From positions 211,321-275,320 of the forward strand of contig JAACJG010000004.1 of the NCBI GenBank assembly GCA_009917695.1: a stretch of 64,000 bases of DNA. The letters run 5' to 3'. How positions within the stretch are numbered: position 1 is the stretch's first letter; each line of letters begins with the position of its first letter. A program made the translations under genes and the position numbers. The notes below the pieces were generated by a model that was given only the letters and a program-made list of their open reading frames with translations, searched no databases and was not told where the DNA came from. Below are positions 19,849 through 28,940 of this stretch, in pieces. This stretch comes from Candidatus Rifleibacterium amylolyticum. Its GTDB lineage: Bacteria; Muiribacteriota; Ozemobacteria; Ozemobacterales; Ozemobacteraceae.

Positions 19849-20763
19849 CTACTTCGAATTACTCTGGCGAAGGAGAGTTACGTAGCGGTTGTATGCTTCA
19901 CGATAATCATTGAGAGCTTTCTGAGTATCGGTGCGAAGCAGATTAGATCTGAGTTCCTCATCGGGGTTTTCACTGCCACCGATATTGGTAACCATGTTGA
20001 TGTACTTGTTGTAAGCCTTGATGTATTCAGCGTGAGCGTTCTTCAGTGCGGTAGAGGCATTGGCTGACGGAGCCGGTTCTGCCGGAGTTTCAACTGACGC
20101 CGTTACCGGAGCTGTTGAAGCAACTGGTGCTGATACCGGAATTTCTGTCGCTGGTGCCACTGTCGCAACAGGTGCGCCTACGTTCGGGCTGACAACGATT
20201 TCGCTCGAAGGAGCTGAAACTGATACTGACGGCAGATTGTTGCCGTTGCCGATGGTCTGATTCTGGCGTTTGTAGCGTTTCCACAGGAAGTAACCAACAA
20301 CTGCTGCACCAACCAGACACAGGGCCGGGATGAAGAGCGGGCTGCCGATGATACCACCGATGAAACCTGCGATACCAGAAAACACACTACCGATTGCGCC
20401 ACCGATTGCACCGAGAGCGCCTGTAATAAATCCACCTGCAGCTGAGATGCCGCCCCAGATAGTAGCACCGATACCGGCAATACCGGCTCCAGCGCCTGCT
20501 ACTGCTGCTGTCGCTCCACCAGCTACGCCTGCAACCGTTCCAGATGCGAATCCTACTGCGCTTGCAATGTATGGGGCTGCAAGAACTGCACCACCAACCG
20601 CTGCAACACCAGCAAGAGCCGTCTTGACCGGATTGTTCTTAACCGAGTCCTTGATCTTCGAGAACAGGCTTGCCTGAGCAGTTGCCGATCCGAAGGCCGT
20701 GAGGAACATGACTACGGCTAAGGTTGTCGCTAGCATTTTCATGAAACTACGTTTCAACCTCAT
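19849..20763 (-). CDS. Exported/membrane protein with a long glycine-rich hydrophobic segment
   Basis: AGGAGG + ATG 20763; signal peptide ending AQA; ~110 aa uncharged Gly/Ala region; Pro/Ala/Ser linker; helical C-terminus. Confidence 0.75.
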   Translation of the reverse strand: MRLKRSFMKMLATTLAVVMFLTAFGSATAQASLFSKIKDSVKNNPVKTALAGVAAVGGAVLAAPYIASAVGFASGTVAGVAGGATAAVAGAGAGIAGIGATIWGGISAAGGFITGALGAIGGAIGSVFSGIAGFIGGIIGSPLFIPALCLVGAAVVGYFLWKRYKRQNQTIGNGNNLPSVSVSAPSSEIVVSPNVGAPVATVAPATEIPVSAPVASTAPVTASVETPAEPAPSANASTALKNAHAEYIKAYNKYINMVTNIGGSENPDEELRSNLLRTDTQKALNDYREAYNRYVTLLRQSNSK

Positions 20764-21014
20764 AATACTTCCTCCTGTAAGGATCTGAACCAAATAGAAA
20801 CTTGATCCTTCCTCCTTTCGAAATTTGAAATAATGGGTAGGTAGGTAACATTGATACTCGGGTAAGTATCGGGTATTAAAGAAGCTCCGCTCGGGTAAGC
20901 GGAGCTCCAGTTTCGAATTTTCTGTACCGAACGTCAAACGAATTTGCGTTCGAAATACGCTTGATTACTGGATTCCGTTTGGTTTTTCAAAGACCTTCTT
21001 GTATCTTGTATAAG

Positions 21015-21043
21015 ATTATAAGAATGGAATCCTGATGCGTCAA
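21015..21043 (-). promoter_or_regulatory. Sigma70-type promoter for 19849..20763
   Basis: TTGACG-N17-TATAAT on the minus strand. Confidence 0.8.
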
Positions 21044-21054
21044 GGTACCTTTTA

Positions 21055-21822
21055 TTATTTAGTCAACCCCATGTTGAGACTGAGATTCATGCGAGTTTCG
21101 ATCTTTTCCTTCTTGCCGGCGCCCAGGTCGTTTTCCATGACCATCAGCATGTTGGAAGTAACTTCGTTCTTGATCATGATGCCTTTTTTGTAGGCGAACC
21201 AGATGTTGCCGTTGGCTTTAACATCGAGGTTGATGCTGCCAGCTGCGCCCTGAGCGGTTGATACTTCTGACTGCAGCTTAACGCAATCTTCGCCGCCGAC
21301 TTTTTCGAAGCCCATAACGGTGTATTTTACGTTCATCGGAATCGGGAGCTGCGGATTGGCCGGAATGTTTGAAGTCCAGCTTTCGCCAACGCCTACGGGC
21401 TTGTTGGGGAATTTGATCTGCATCTGGTTGAAGTTGCCACCCTGCTGATCCATGCCGGTTGAGGAAAGGATTTCGCCATTTTTGGCCATTTTAACGCTGA
21501 TGATCTGGCCAATGTTGGGGAGCTGTGTCGGAGTGTTATTTACAGTGATTGTGCCATCGAGAATGGTGGTTGCCATATCGACGTTGCCGTCTTTGTCAAC
21601 ACCAGTGACCTTCTGTTCAATGGTCATGGCAGTTTCGAGATTTGTTCTCTGGGCTCTCTGATAGGCTGTGACAATGGTGTTGCCACGGATATTCATCTTG
21701 TATTTGGCAGTAGTGCCGGCGGCCGGGTTATACTGCAGGAGAACCTTCTCCTGGGCTGTGGCGGTAAAAGCCACCGATACAAGAAGCAGGACGCTCAGAA
21801 AAATCGAGATACGTTTCAACAT
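21055..21822 (-). CDS. Exported beta-rich hypothetical protein (DUF6263-like)
   Basis: Signal peptide; LQYNP..G...KY and FP.KPV.VGESW motifs. Confidence 0.6.
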   Translation of the reverse strand: MLKRISIFLSVLLLVSVAFTATAQEKVLLQYNPAAGTTAKYKMNIRGNTIVTAYQRAQRTNLETAMTIEQKVTGVDKDGNVDMATTILDGTITVNNTPTQLPNIGQIISVKMAKNGEILSSTGMDQQGGNFNQMQIKFPNKPVGVGESWTSNIPANPQLPIPMNVKYTVMGFEKVGGEDCVKLQSEVSTAQGAAGSINLDVKANGNIWFAYKKGIMIKNEVTSNMLMVMENDLGAGKKEKIETRMNLSLNMGLTK

Positions 21823-22216
21823 TTAAACAAGTCTCCTTTCGCGAATCCATGAAGGGTGTCTACAATTTCGTTCTCAGCGGGCTTTGTCTGTACCGGTTTG
21901 GCAGGGCCAGCAAACAACCCGTAGCATGACATTAGCATAGAGCCTATAGAGTGTCAAGCATTCCCATATTTAATTATTTTCACACTATTGTCCAGTGCAA
22001 AAAAGTTCTTTTTGTTCGTCATTCTACGCGGCGCCAAGCGCAGTCGCAGGATTCAGAAAAGCGAAAAAGATGAATTCAACTGCTTTGCCTGACCCCTGCT
22101 TCGCTTAAGCTACGCAGGGCTTAGAGCGGGTTCGCACAGAATGATGGTTGATTTTGACCGGGAATTGCTGCGGCTTGCCATGATGGCTGGTCAAAGTTGG
22201 TCAAATAAGTTATAAT

Positions 22217-22663
22217 ATGCAAAATTACACAATAAGGAAGCAGCCCCTGAGTCAGCGAACCGAATTCGACCCCAGCTATTTCGAAGGCGTCTATTTCGAA
22301 AAACGCGTCTGGGTGCCTTCAGCAAAGATATCAAATTATCTCATGATGTTTACACGATTGTACATCGGAGAAAATGACGATCTTGGCAAAGCCTCGTTCC
22401 GCGATACTCTGGTAACTCTGTCTGAGAGTGAACTGGTGCCGCGCACTCTGGTGTTCTGGAACAATGCAGTCAAGGCTTGCGTCGAGGGCAGTCCTTTGCT
22501 GGCCACTATTAACAAAATCGAGCGCCTTGGCGTCAGAGTTCTTGTCGCCGGGCATGCTCTCGAAAAACTTGGAATCAAGGGCGAGATGCGCGCTGGCAAG
22601 CTGGCTAACCACTTCGATCTGCTCGAAGCTATGAACCAGGTACAGAAGGTTGTAACTTTCTGA
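22217..22663 (+). CDS. DsrE-fold, YedF-like protein lacking the CxxC motif
   Basis: GENDDLG...LVFWNNAVK...EGSP.L...GVRVLVAGHAL...KVVTF follows the YedF C-domain pattern. Confidence 0.7.
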   Translation: MQNYTIRKQPLSQRTEFDPSYFEGVYFEKRVWVPSAKISNYLMMFTRLYIGENDDLGKASFRDTLVTLSESELVPRTLVFWNNAVKACVEGSPLLATINKIERLGVRVLVAGHALEKLGIKGEMRAGKLANHFDLLEAMNQVQKVVTF

Positions 22664-22684
22664 TAAAAAACCGTACATTTTTTG

Positions 22685-22713
22685 TTGACAGGCTGGATGG
22701 TTGATGTTACAAT
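22685..22713 (+). promoter_or_regulatory. Sigma70 promoter of the tRNA operon
   Basis: TTGACA-N17-TACAAT with extended -10 TG. Confidence 0.88.
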
Positions 22714-22733
22714 GAACGACGTCAACGTGACAA

Positions 22734-22806
22734 GGGCGCTTAGCTCAGTTGGAAGAGCTCCTGGTTTACACCCAGGTGGTCGGCGGTTCGAGCCCGTCAG
22801 CGCCCA
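22734..22806 (+). tRNA. tRNA-Val(TAC)
   Basis: GGGCGCT acceptor stem, anticodon arm CCTGG-TTTACAC-CCAGG, GTTCGAG T-loop. Confidence 0.95.
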
Positions 22807-22816
22807 CCGAAAGCAT

Positions 22817-22891
<75 letters not shown>

Positions 22892-22905
22892 CTCTCATTT
22901 TAAAA

Positions 22906-22978
<73 letters not shown>

Positions 22979-22990
22979 TTTGTTTTGTCT

Positions 22991-23062
<72 letters not shown>

Positions 23063-23127
23063 TTGTGAAGGGTATTAACCTTCCCACATCTGGCCTGCCA
23101 GTTGCTGGTATGCCTTATAGATATTCT

Positions 23128-23202
<75 letters not shown>

Positions 23203-23207
23203 TTCAG

Positions 23208-23232
23208 AAGCCACCATAACCTGGTGGCTTTT
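23208..23232 (+). terminator. Terminator of the tRNA operon
   Basis: AAGCCACCA-TAACC-TGGTGGCTTTT. Confidence 0.8.
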
Positions 23233-23247
23233 GTGTTTCAGGGCAAT

Positions 23248-23772
23248 CTACTCTGACTGGGTCACGTCTGGCGGGCCAAACTCATCGCTGCCGCCGTGTT
23301 TCTCTGCGAAATTGCGAAGGTTCTGCAGGCTTTCGCTGCCAAAGCCGGTGGGGCTTGCATATATTCTGAACAGACGCCTGAATTCTTCAGGGCAGCCTTC
23401 AAGATCCGTTTTGGCAGCTTGATCCAGTATCAGATTGCGCAGTTTTTCTTTGCGCGCTTCGGCCGACCCGAAAACACTCAATATAAAACTGATCGGGCCG
23501 TTTTCGACCATCTCTATTTCCAGCGCCCACGGGAGTGGCAGTAGAACTCTCTCCATGTTCAGCTTTTCCAGGTCGAGAACGAGACTCTTGTCATCGGGGC
23601 TTTGCGCCAGTTTCAGTCTGGCTTTGTCGATCAGTTGATTTATGTGCTGCTGCTGACCACATAATGACTGAACTTCTTCAGCTGTGCTGGTATAAATCAA
23701 AAAAAGTGCAATCGCGGCCAGAGCAAAAGCGAAACAGCTCATAAACAAAGCTGCCAGAAAAGTCTTTTTCAT
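23248..23772 (-). CDS. Hypothetical membrane-anchored protein
   Basis: GGAGG + ATG 23772; N-terminal hydrophobic helix. Confidence 0.65.
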   Translation of the reverse strand: MKKTFLAALFMSCFAFALAAIALFLIYTSTAEEVQSLCGQQQHINQLIDKARLKLAQSPDDKSLVLDLEKLNMERVLLPLPWALEIEMVENGPISFILSVFGSAEARKEKLRNLILDQAAKTDLEGCPEEFRRLFRIYASPTGFGSESLQNLRNFAEKHGGSDEFGPPDVTQSE

Positions 23773-23974
23773 GTTTCCTCCAATTATGCCAGATGCATTA
23801 CATCGCCGCCTGCGTCTCAAGAGGGGGTCTTGCGTTCAGGCATGTCTATGTCACACGGATACTTGTATGCAGGTCTATATTACCTGATTTTTCAAAAAAG
23901 TCACCCTCATGGCTGCAAAATATAGCTGTCTCTGCCGATATATCTAAAAAAAGGTGTTTGTAGCAGGAGGCATT

Positions 23975-25831
23975 ATGTCCGCATTATTGACTATTGGGAC
24001 GACTGGCAGAAAATCAGGTCAGCCGCTATCTCAGCGCGCGCGTCGTCTGGTCGGCAGATTCCTTCTCTGTACCGCATTCTCAGCTGTGGCGGGAATTCCG
24101 GCCGAAGCCGGCGCTCTTGACTGGCTTATTCAGAGCTCTTCTGCCCGTAATTCAAGAAAAACTGAGTCCGTCGGGCAAGGTGGTTCTCAGGCAGAATCCG
24201 TGCAGCTCCAGATGCCTGCACAAGAGCAGCAGCAACTTACTGGCGGCAATCTCGACACATTCACATTCGCATCAAGCCACTGGAAACAGTCGCGCGAACG
24301 TCTGGAAAAGGCCTGCCGGGCTATCAGCAGCCGCTATAACGACAACTCTGCCCGTGATATTCTACAGAAACTCTTTGTCATTGCCACTCAGATCTTTCGC
24401 GAGAATATTCGCAATACCGCAATGGCTGTCGGCGAAGTCAGAGATGTCAATCTCAAGGTGCGGCAGGGTCTGGTGGCTGTTAACCGGATTGTTACCGCCC
24501 CTGGCCAGGAGACGCTCGACAACCTCGATCGGGCTATCGATGAAGTGCTGTCGGCCAATGTTAACCAGCTGCTCTATGTCAAAAAATATCTGGTTGCCTC
24601 AGAAAGAACAGCGCAACTTGCCCGCACATCTTATGAGACTCTTGAGCTGATTCCCTCTCTTTCCTTGCCGGCGCTCGACATGATGGTGTTGATGGCGAAG
24701 CAGCTTATGCGTGTTTCGCAGTCGAACAGTGAGGCTTTCAAGGGATTGTTGCTTAACGTTCAGAGCAGCAGCGAGCAGGTAAGTGCCGGTCTCGACAATG
24801 TTAAGAAGATCGTGCGTGAAACGTTGCGCTTCTCAGATCATTTTGCGGTCAAACAGTTTCCGCTGATCAACCTGCCGACGCCCTCACGCGAAAAAATCTA
24901 CGTGCAGCTCAACACACTTGATAACTTTGTAAGAGGAGTTGACAACACCGTTCAGATCGGCGATTCACAGGTGCGCAACGCCTCTCAGCAGTTTACTCAC
25001 ATGATTACCGGATTTATTGCGAAGGCGGCCGAGAGTCTCAAATATCAAAGCCCTGATAATCAGGAAAAAGCTTTGCCGCAGATTTCGAACTACGCACGTA
25101 ACCAGGTCAGCGGTCTGTTTTTGCGGGCAAAAGAAGATCTGACTTCAATGCGCAGTGAAATGGCCAAAGCTGCCCGTCCCGGAACTGGCGCGATGCCGCC
25201 GGCAGTTAAGGTCGAAAGTGGCGAAGAAATGGCTTCCCGGCGTGCCAGATCAGCAGCCGGCGAGAAATTGCCGCTGTTTTTGCTCGGCGGAAAAAATGCT
25301 GCAGAGACAGATGTAGCCGCCGCTCCAGCTGAAGAACGGGTTTTAACGGCGCGAATTCCTGATCAGAGTTCGTTTTTGCCACTCAAGACGCAAACAGCGG
25401 CAGAAACTCAGATAGCTCGTCCTGACATCAATTTCGCTGCACCTCCTGCCGGAGTCACCGAACAGGTGCTTTATGATGAAAGCGCAAGTTTTGGCAGCAG
25501 CTCAGATCTGATGCAGTCTGAAGTTAATATTCTGAGTAATGAACTTGGCGCTGATTTCTTTTTCGGCTCCGGCGAAAACATCTCACAGAGCAGTTTGCAG
25601 GCGCGCAACGATGATTCGGTCGGGTTCGAAAGCGAAGAAGAAGGCGACGAAGAAGCAGAAGACAACGGCTTTGCCGAAAGCGATATGCAGATCAGCTACG
25701 ACAATCTCAATTCCAGCGGCGAACCCGAAATCGAACTGCTCAAATTCGATTCGGCCTCTTACGGCTCATCCTCTGATGACCTGATTCCCATGATGCGTTT
25801 CGAAGGTGAAACACTCAATTTTGAGGACTGA
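23975..25831 (+). CDS. Hypothetical helical/coiled-coil protein with acidic tail, probably exported
   Basis: AGGAGG + ATG; signal-like segment ending AEA; long amphipathic helices; D/E-rich C-terminus. Confidence 0.7.
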   Translation: MSALLTIGTTGRKSGQPLSQRARRLVGRFLLCTAFSAVAGIPAEAGALDWLIQSSSARNSRKTESVGQGGSQAESVQLQMPAQEQQQLTGGNLDTFTFASSHWKQSRERLEKACRAISSRYNDNSARDILQKLFVIATQIFRENIRNTAMAVGEVRDVNLKVRQGLVAVNRIVTAPGQETLDNLDRAIDEVLSANVNQLLYVKKYLVASERTAQLARTSYETLELIPSLSLPALDMMVLMAKQLMRVSQSNSEAFKGLLLNVQSSSEQVSAGLDNVKKIVRETLRFSDHFAVKQFPLINLPTPSREKIYVQLNTLDNFVRGVDNTVQIGDSQVRNASQQFTHMITGFIAKAAESLKYQSPDNQEKALPQISNYARNQVSGLFLRAKEDLTSMRSEMAKAARPGTGAMPPAVKVESGEEMASRRARSAAGEKLPLFLLGGKNAAETDVAAAPAEERVLTARIPDQSSFLPLKTQTAAETQIARPDINFAAPPAGVTEQVLYDESASFGSSSDLMQSEVNILSNELGADFFFGSGENISQSSLQARNDDSVGFESEEEGDEEAEDNGFAESDMQISYDNLNSSGEPEIELLKFDSASYGSSSDDLIPMMRFEGETLNFED

Positions 25832-25840
25832 GAATCGCGC

Positions 25841-25869
25841 TTGAAACTGGCGGATAATCTGTGTAGACT
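25841..25869 (+). promoter_or_regulatory. Candidate sigma70 promoter of the heme cluster
   Basis: TTGAAA-N17-TAGACT upstream of hemB. Confidence 0.6.
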
Positions 25870-25895
25870 GCTCTAAATTAACATCGGAGCAGAAT

Positions 25896-26882
25896 ATGAG
25901 TTTCCCTGTGCATCGTCCGCGGCGTCTGCGTATAGACAGTCGCCTGCGCGGTATGATCCGAGATGTCAGCCTGTCCCCCGCTAACCTGATTTATCCGCTT
26001 TTTGTCGTCGATCAAATTGCTGAACCCCACGAAATTTCGGCGATGCCAGGTCAGAAACACTGGCCGGTTGCGCTCGTGCATGAGCCTGTTGCTGAGGCCA
26101 TGCGCAAGGGTGTCATCGCATTCATTCTTTTTGGCGTTCCATCTGCCAAAGATGCTCACGGCAGTCAGGCTTACGACGCAGACAGCGTTGTCTGTCGCGC
26201 TCTGCGCCACATTCGCCAGCACTGCCCGCAGGCGTATCTGATAACCGACGTCTGCCTGTGTGCATACACCGACCACGGCCACTGTGGTATGCTCAAAGAC
26301 GACGGCAGTATTGATAACGACAGTTCGATCGATCTGATTGCACGCATGGCTCTGGCACATGCGCAGGCTGGCGCTGATATGGTGGCGCCTTCCGATATGA
26401 TGGATGGCCGCATCGGCGCGATAAGAAATCTGCTCGATACAAATGGCCTGGTTGATCTGCCGATAATGTCTTATTCGGCCAAGTATGCCTCGGCTTTTTA
26501 CGGGCCCTTCCGCGAGGCGGCCGGCTCAGCGCCGGGAAAAGGCGATCGCAGCGGCTATCAGATGGACTTTCGCTTCGCGCGCGATGCCATGGTCGAGTTT
26601 GAGCTTGACCTCGAAGAGGGCGCAGATATTCTGATGGTCAAGCCTGGCCTGGCTTATCTCGATATGGTCAAGCTGGCGCGCGACAATTTTCCCTGCCCGA
26701 TCGCGGTTTACCAGGTTTCTGGTGAATATTCGATGATCAAGGCCGCCGCCGAAAAGGGCTGGGTTAACGAACGCGCAGTTGCGCTCGAAAGCCTTTATGC
26801 CATGCGTCGCGCCGGGGCTGACCTTATTTTGACTTATTTTGCGCCGCAGGTTGCTGAATGGCTGCAGGAGGCGAAAAGCTGA
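25896..26882 (+). CDS. hemB: Porphobilinogen synthase (Zn-type)
   Basis: DVCLCAYTDHGHCG, APSDMMDGR, YSAKYASAFYGPFREA, MVKP, YQVSGEY. Confidence 0.97.
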   Translation: MSFPVHRPRRLRIDSRLRGMIRDVSLSPANLIYPLFVVDQIAEPHEISAMPGQKHWPVALVHEPVAEAMRKGVIAFILFGVPSAKDAHGSQAYDADSVVCRALRHIRQHCPQAYLITDVCLCAYTDHGHCGMLKDDGSIDNDSSIDLIARMALAHAQAGADMVAPSDMMDGRIGAIRNLLDTNGLVDLPIMSYSAKYASAFYGPFREAAGSAPGKGDRSGYQMDFRFARDAMVEFELDLEEGADILMVKPGLAYLDMVKLARDNFPCPIAVYQVSGEYSMIKAAAEKGWVNERAVALESLYAMRRAGADLILTYFAPQVAEWLQEAKS

Positions 26883-27934
26883 TGCCGCATCCGCATGCTA
26901 CGGCACAACAAGATTCTCAACTTCTTCGAGTTCTCGCCTGGGAAAGCACACGCGCCTGCACTCTGGCCTGCCCGCATTGTCGTGCCTCGGCCGTCGATAT
27001 GCGCGATCCAGATGAACTGACTACCGCTGAGGCCATGCAGATGCTTGATTCAGCGGCTGAGCTCGGCAAATCGATTATTATTCTCAGTGGTGGAGAGCCG
27101 CTGCTGCGCGAAGATCTTGAACAGATTGCCGAACATGCGGTTAAACTTGGTCATCGCCCGGTCGTTTCTTGTAATGACGGGCGGCTGTTGACCGACGAGC
27201 GTCTGACTACTCTGGCTGCTGCCGGTATCAGACATTTCAGCTTCAGCATGCACTCAGAGCTTGAGACCGATCACGACCATTTTGTCCGGGTTGAAGGCGC
27301 TTATCGAGAGGCTTTGCAGGCTTTCGCGCGAATAAAAAAGCATGGCCTGTCATTTCAGATCAATACAACGGTTCTGCCGGGTAACCATGAGCGGTTGGCC
27401 AAAATCAAAGACTGGGTCGTTTCACTTGGTGCTGCCAGCTGGCATCTGTTTTTCATTGTGCCGATGGGTCGTGCTGCTGCTGCCGGTTCAGAGGTCGCTC
27501 TCAGGCAGACGCAGATCGACGCGGTGCTCAGATACGTTGCGGCAGAATCTGACGACTGGCCGATTCCGGTAAAGGTGACCTGCGCTCCGCAATATGCGCA
27601 GATACGTGCCAGCATGGGCAAAGATCCCGGCAGCCGCGGGCGCAGCTGTATGGCCGGCAGCGGTTTTGTCTTCGTCAGCTGGTGTGGTGAAGTAAAGCCG
27701 TGCGGCTATTTCGATCTCGTGGTCGGCAATATTCGCAAAACACCTCTGAGCCAGATATATCGCGAAAGTGCTGAGCTGCGTGATATGCGCACTCCGGAAA
27801 AATTCAGCGGCATCTGCGGGCGCTGCAAGTTCAATCGAGTCTGTGGTGGTTGTCGGGCGCGCGCATACGCTGTTAATGGGAGTTTTCTCGCGTCTGACCC
27901 AAATTGCAACTATTCTGCTGGTCAAGAAGGTTAA
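26882..27934 (+). CDS. ahbD: Radical SAM/SPASM heme b synthase (AhbD-like)
   Basis: AWESTRACTLACPHCRA, FQINTTV, WHLFFIVPMGRA, TCAPQY, CGGCRARAY; sits among ahb/hem genes. Confidence 0.82.
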   Translation: MPHPHATAQQDSQLLRVLAWESTRACTLACPHCRASAVDMRDPDELTTAEAMQMLDSAAELGKSIIILSGGEPLLREDLEQIAEHAVKLGHRPVVSCNDGRLLTDERLTTLAAAGIRHFSFSMHSELETDHDHFVRVEGAYREALQAFARIKKHGLSFQINTTVLPGNHERLAKIKDWVVSLGAASWHLFFIVPMGRAAAAGSEVALRQTQIDAVLRYVAAESDDWPIPVKVTCAPQYAQIRASMGKDPGSRGRSCMAGSGFVFVSWCGEVKPCGYFDLVVGNIRKTPLSQIYRESAELRDMRTPEKFSGICGRCKFNRVCGGCRARAYAVNGSFLASDPNCNYSAGQEG

Positions 27935-28010
27935 ACCGCGGTATCATTGGTACACTTTCAGGCCTGCAGATATTACTGACAAATAACAGATCAAGCAAAG
28001 GATACACCTG

Positions 28011-28454
28011 ATGGACGAAAAAGATCACGAAATAATTCAGATGCTTCAGGGCAGTTTCCCGCTCGAATCTGAGCCATACCGTGTAATTGGTGATAAACTC
28101 TGGCTCGACGAGGTATCGGTCATATCGAGAATTGCACGGATGATTCAAGGTGGAGCCATACGTTATCTCGGGCCGTTTTTCGACAGTCGTAAGCTCGGTT
28201 ACCAGGGCTGTCTGGCCGCAATACAGGTTGCTCCCGAGCAGGTCGACAAGGTTGCTGCTGTTCTCGATCAGTTCTCAGAGATAACCCATAATTACCTGCG
28301 TGACGGCAAACCCAACATGTGGTTTACCGTGATTGCGCCGTCTCTGGAACGCCGCGCTGAAATTTTTTCGGCGATCAAAGAAGCCGCCGGTATTGATGAA
28401 ATCATGGTTTTTCCGTCAAAGAAATTTTTTAAAGTAAAAGTGGACCTCGACTAG
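28011..28454 (+). CDS. ahbA: Siroheme decarboxylase alpha subunit
   Basis: Lrp/AsnC-like fold; LQGSFPL, FDSRKLGY, THNYLR, NMWFT. Confidence 0.88.
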   Translation: MDEKDHEIIQMLQGSFPLESEPYRVIGDKLWLDEVSVISRIARMIQGGAIRYLGPFFDSRKLGYQGCLAAIQVAPEQVDKVAAVLDQFSEITHNYLRDGKPNMWFTVIAPSLERRAEIFSAIKEAAGIDEIMVFPSKKFFKVKVDLD

Positions 28455-28463
28455 GAGCTGCTC

Positions 28464-28940
28464 ATGGATAACAAAACCCGACAGATCCTGTGTGAACTTC
28501 AGGATGGCTTTAAACTGGAAACTCGCCCGTTCAAGCGCATTGCCAACGAGGTTGGCTGTAGTGAAGAAGAAGTCCTCGAAATTATCAAGCGAAGTCGCGA
28601 GGAAGGGCTGATTCGCCGTATTGGAGCAGCAGTGCGCCCGGGTCATCTCGGCCATTCCGCGAATGCTCTGGTTGTCTGGCAGGTGGCCGAAGATCGCGTC
28701 GATGAAGTCGGCACCGCGCTGGCCGAAATGCGTGAGATTTCGCATTGCTACGAGCGTGAATGTCCGCCAAACTGGCCTTATAATCTCTTCACCATGATTC
28801 ATGCACGCAGTGAAGAAGAGCTTGAGCAGATCATCGCCGACATTTTTCAGCGCTTTTCGCTTGGGCAATACAAGGTTTTGCGCACTGTCAAAGAGCTCAA
28901 GAAAACCTCGATGCGCTATTTCGAGGAAAACGCAAAATGA
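28464..28940 (+). CDS. ahbB: Siroheme decarboxylase beta subunit
   Basis: SHCYER..PPNWPYNLFTMIH, ELKKTSMRYF. Confidence 0.9.
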   Translation: MDNKTRQILCELQDGFKLETRPFKRIANEVGCSEEEVLEIIKRSREEGLIRRIGAAVRPGHLGHSANALVVWQVAEDRVDEVGTALAEMREISHCYERECPPNWPYNLFTMIHARSEEELEQIIADIFQRFSLGQYKVLRTVKELKKTSMRYFEENAK

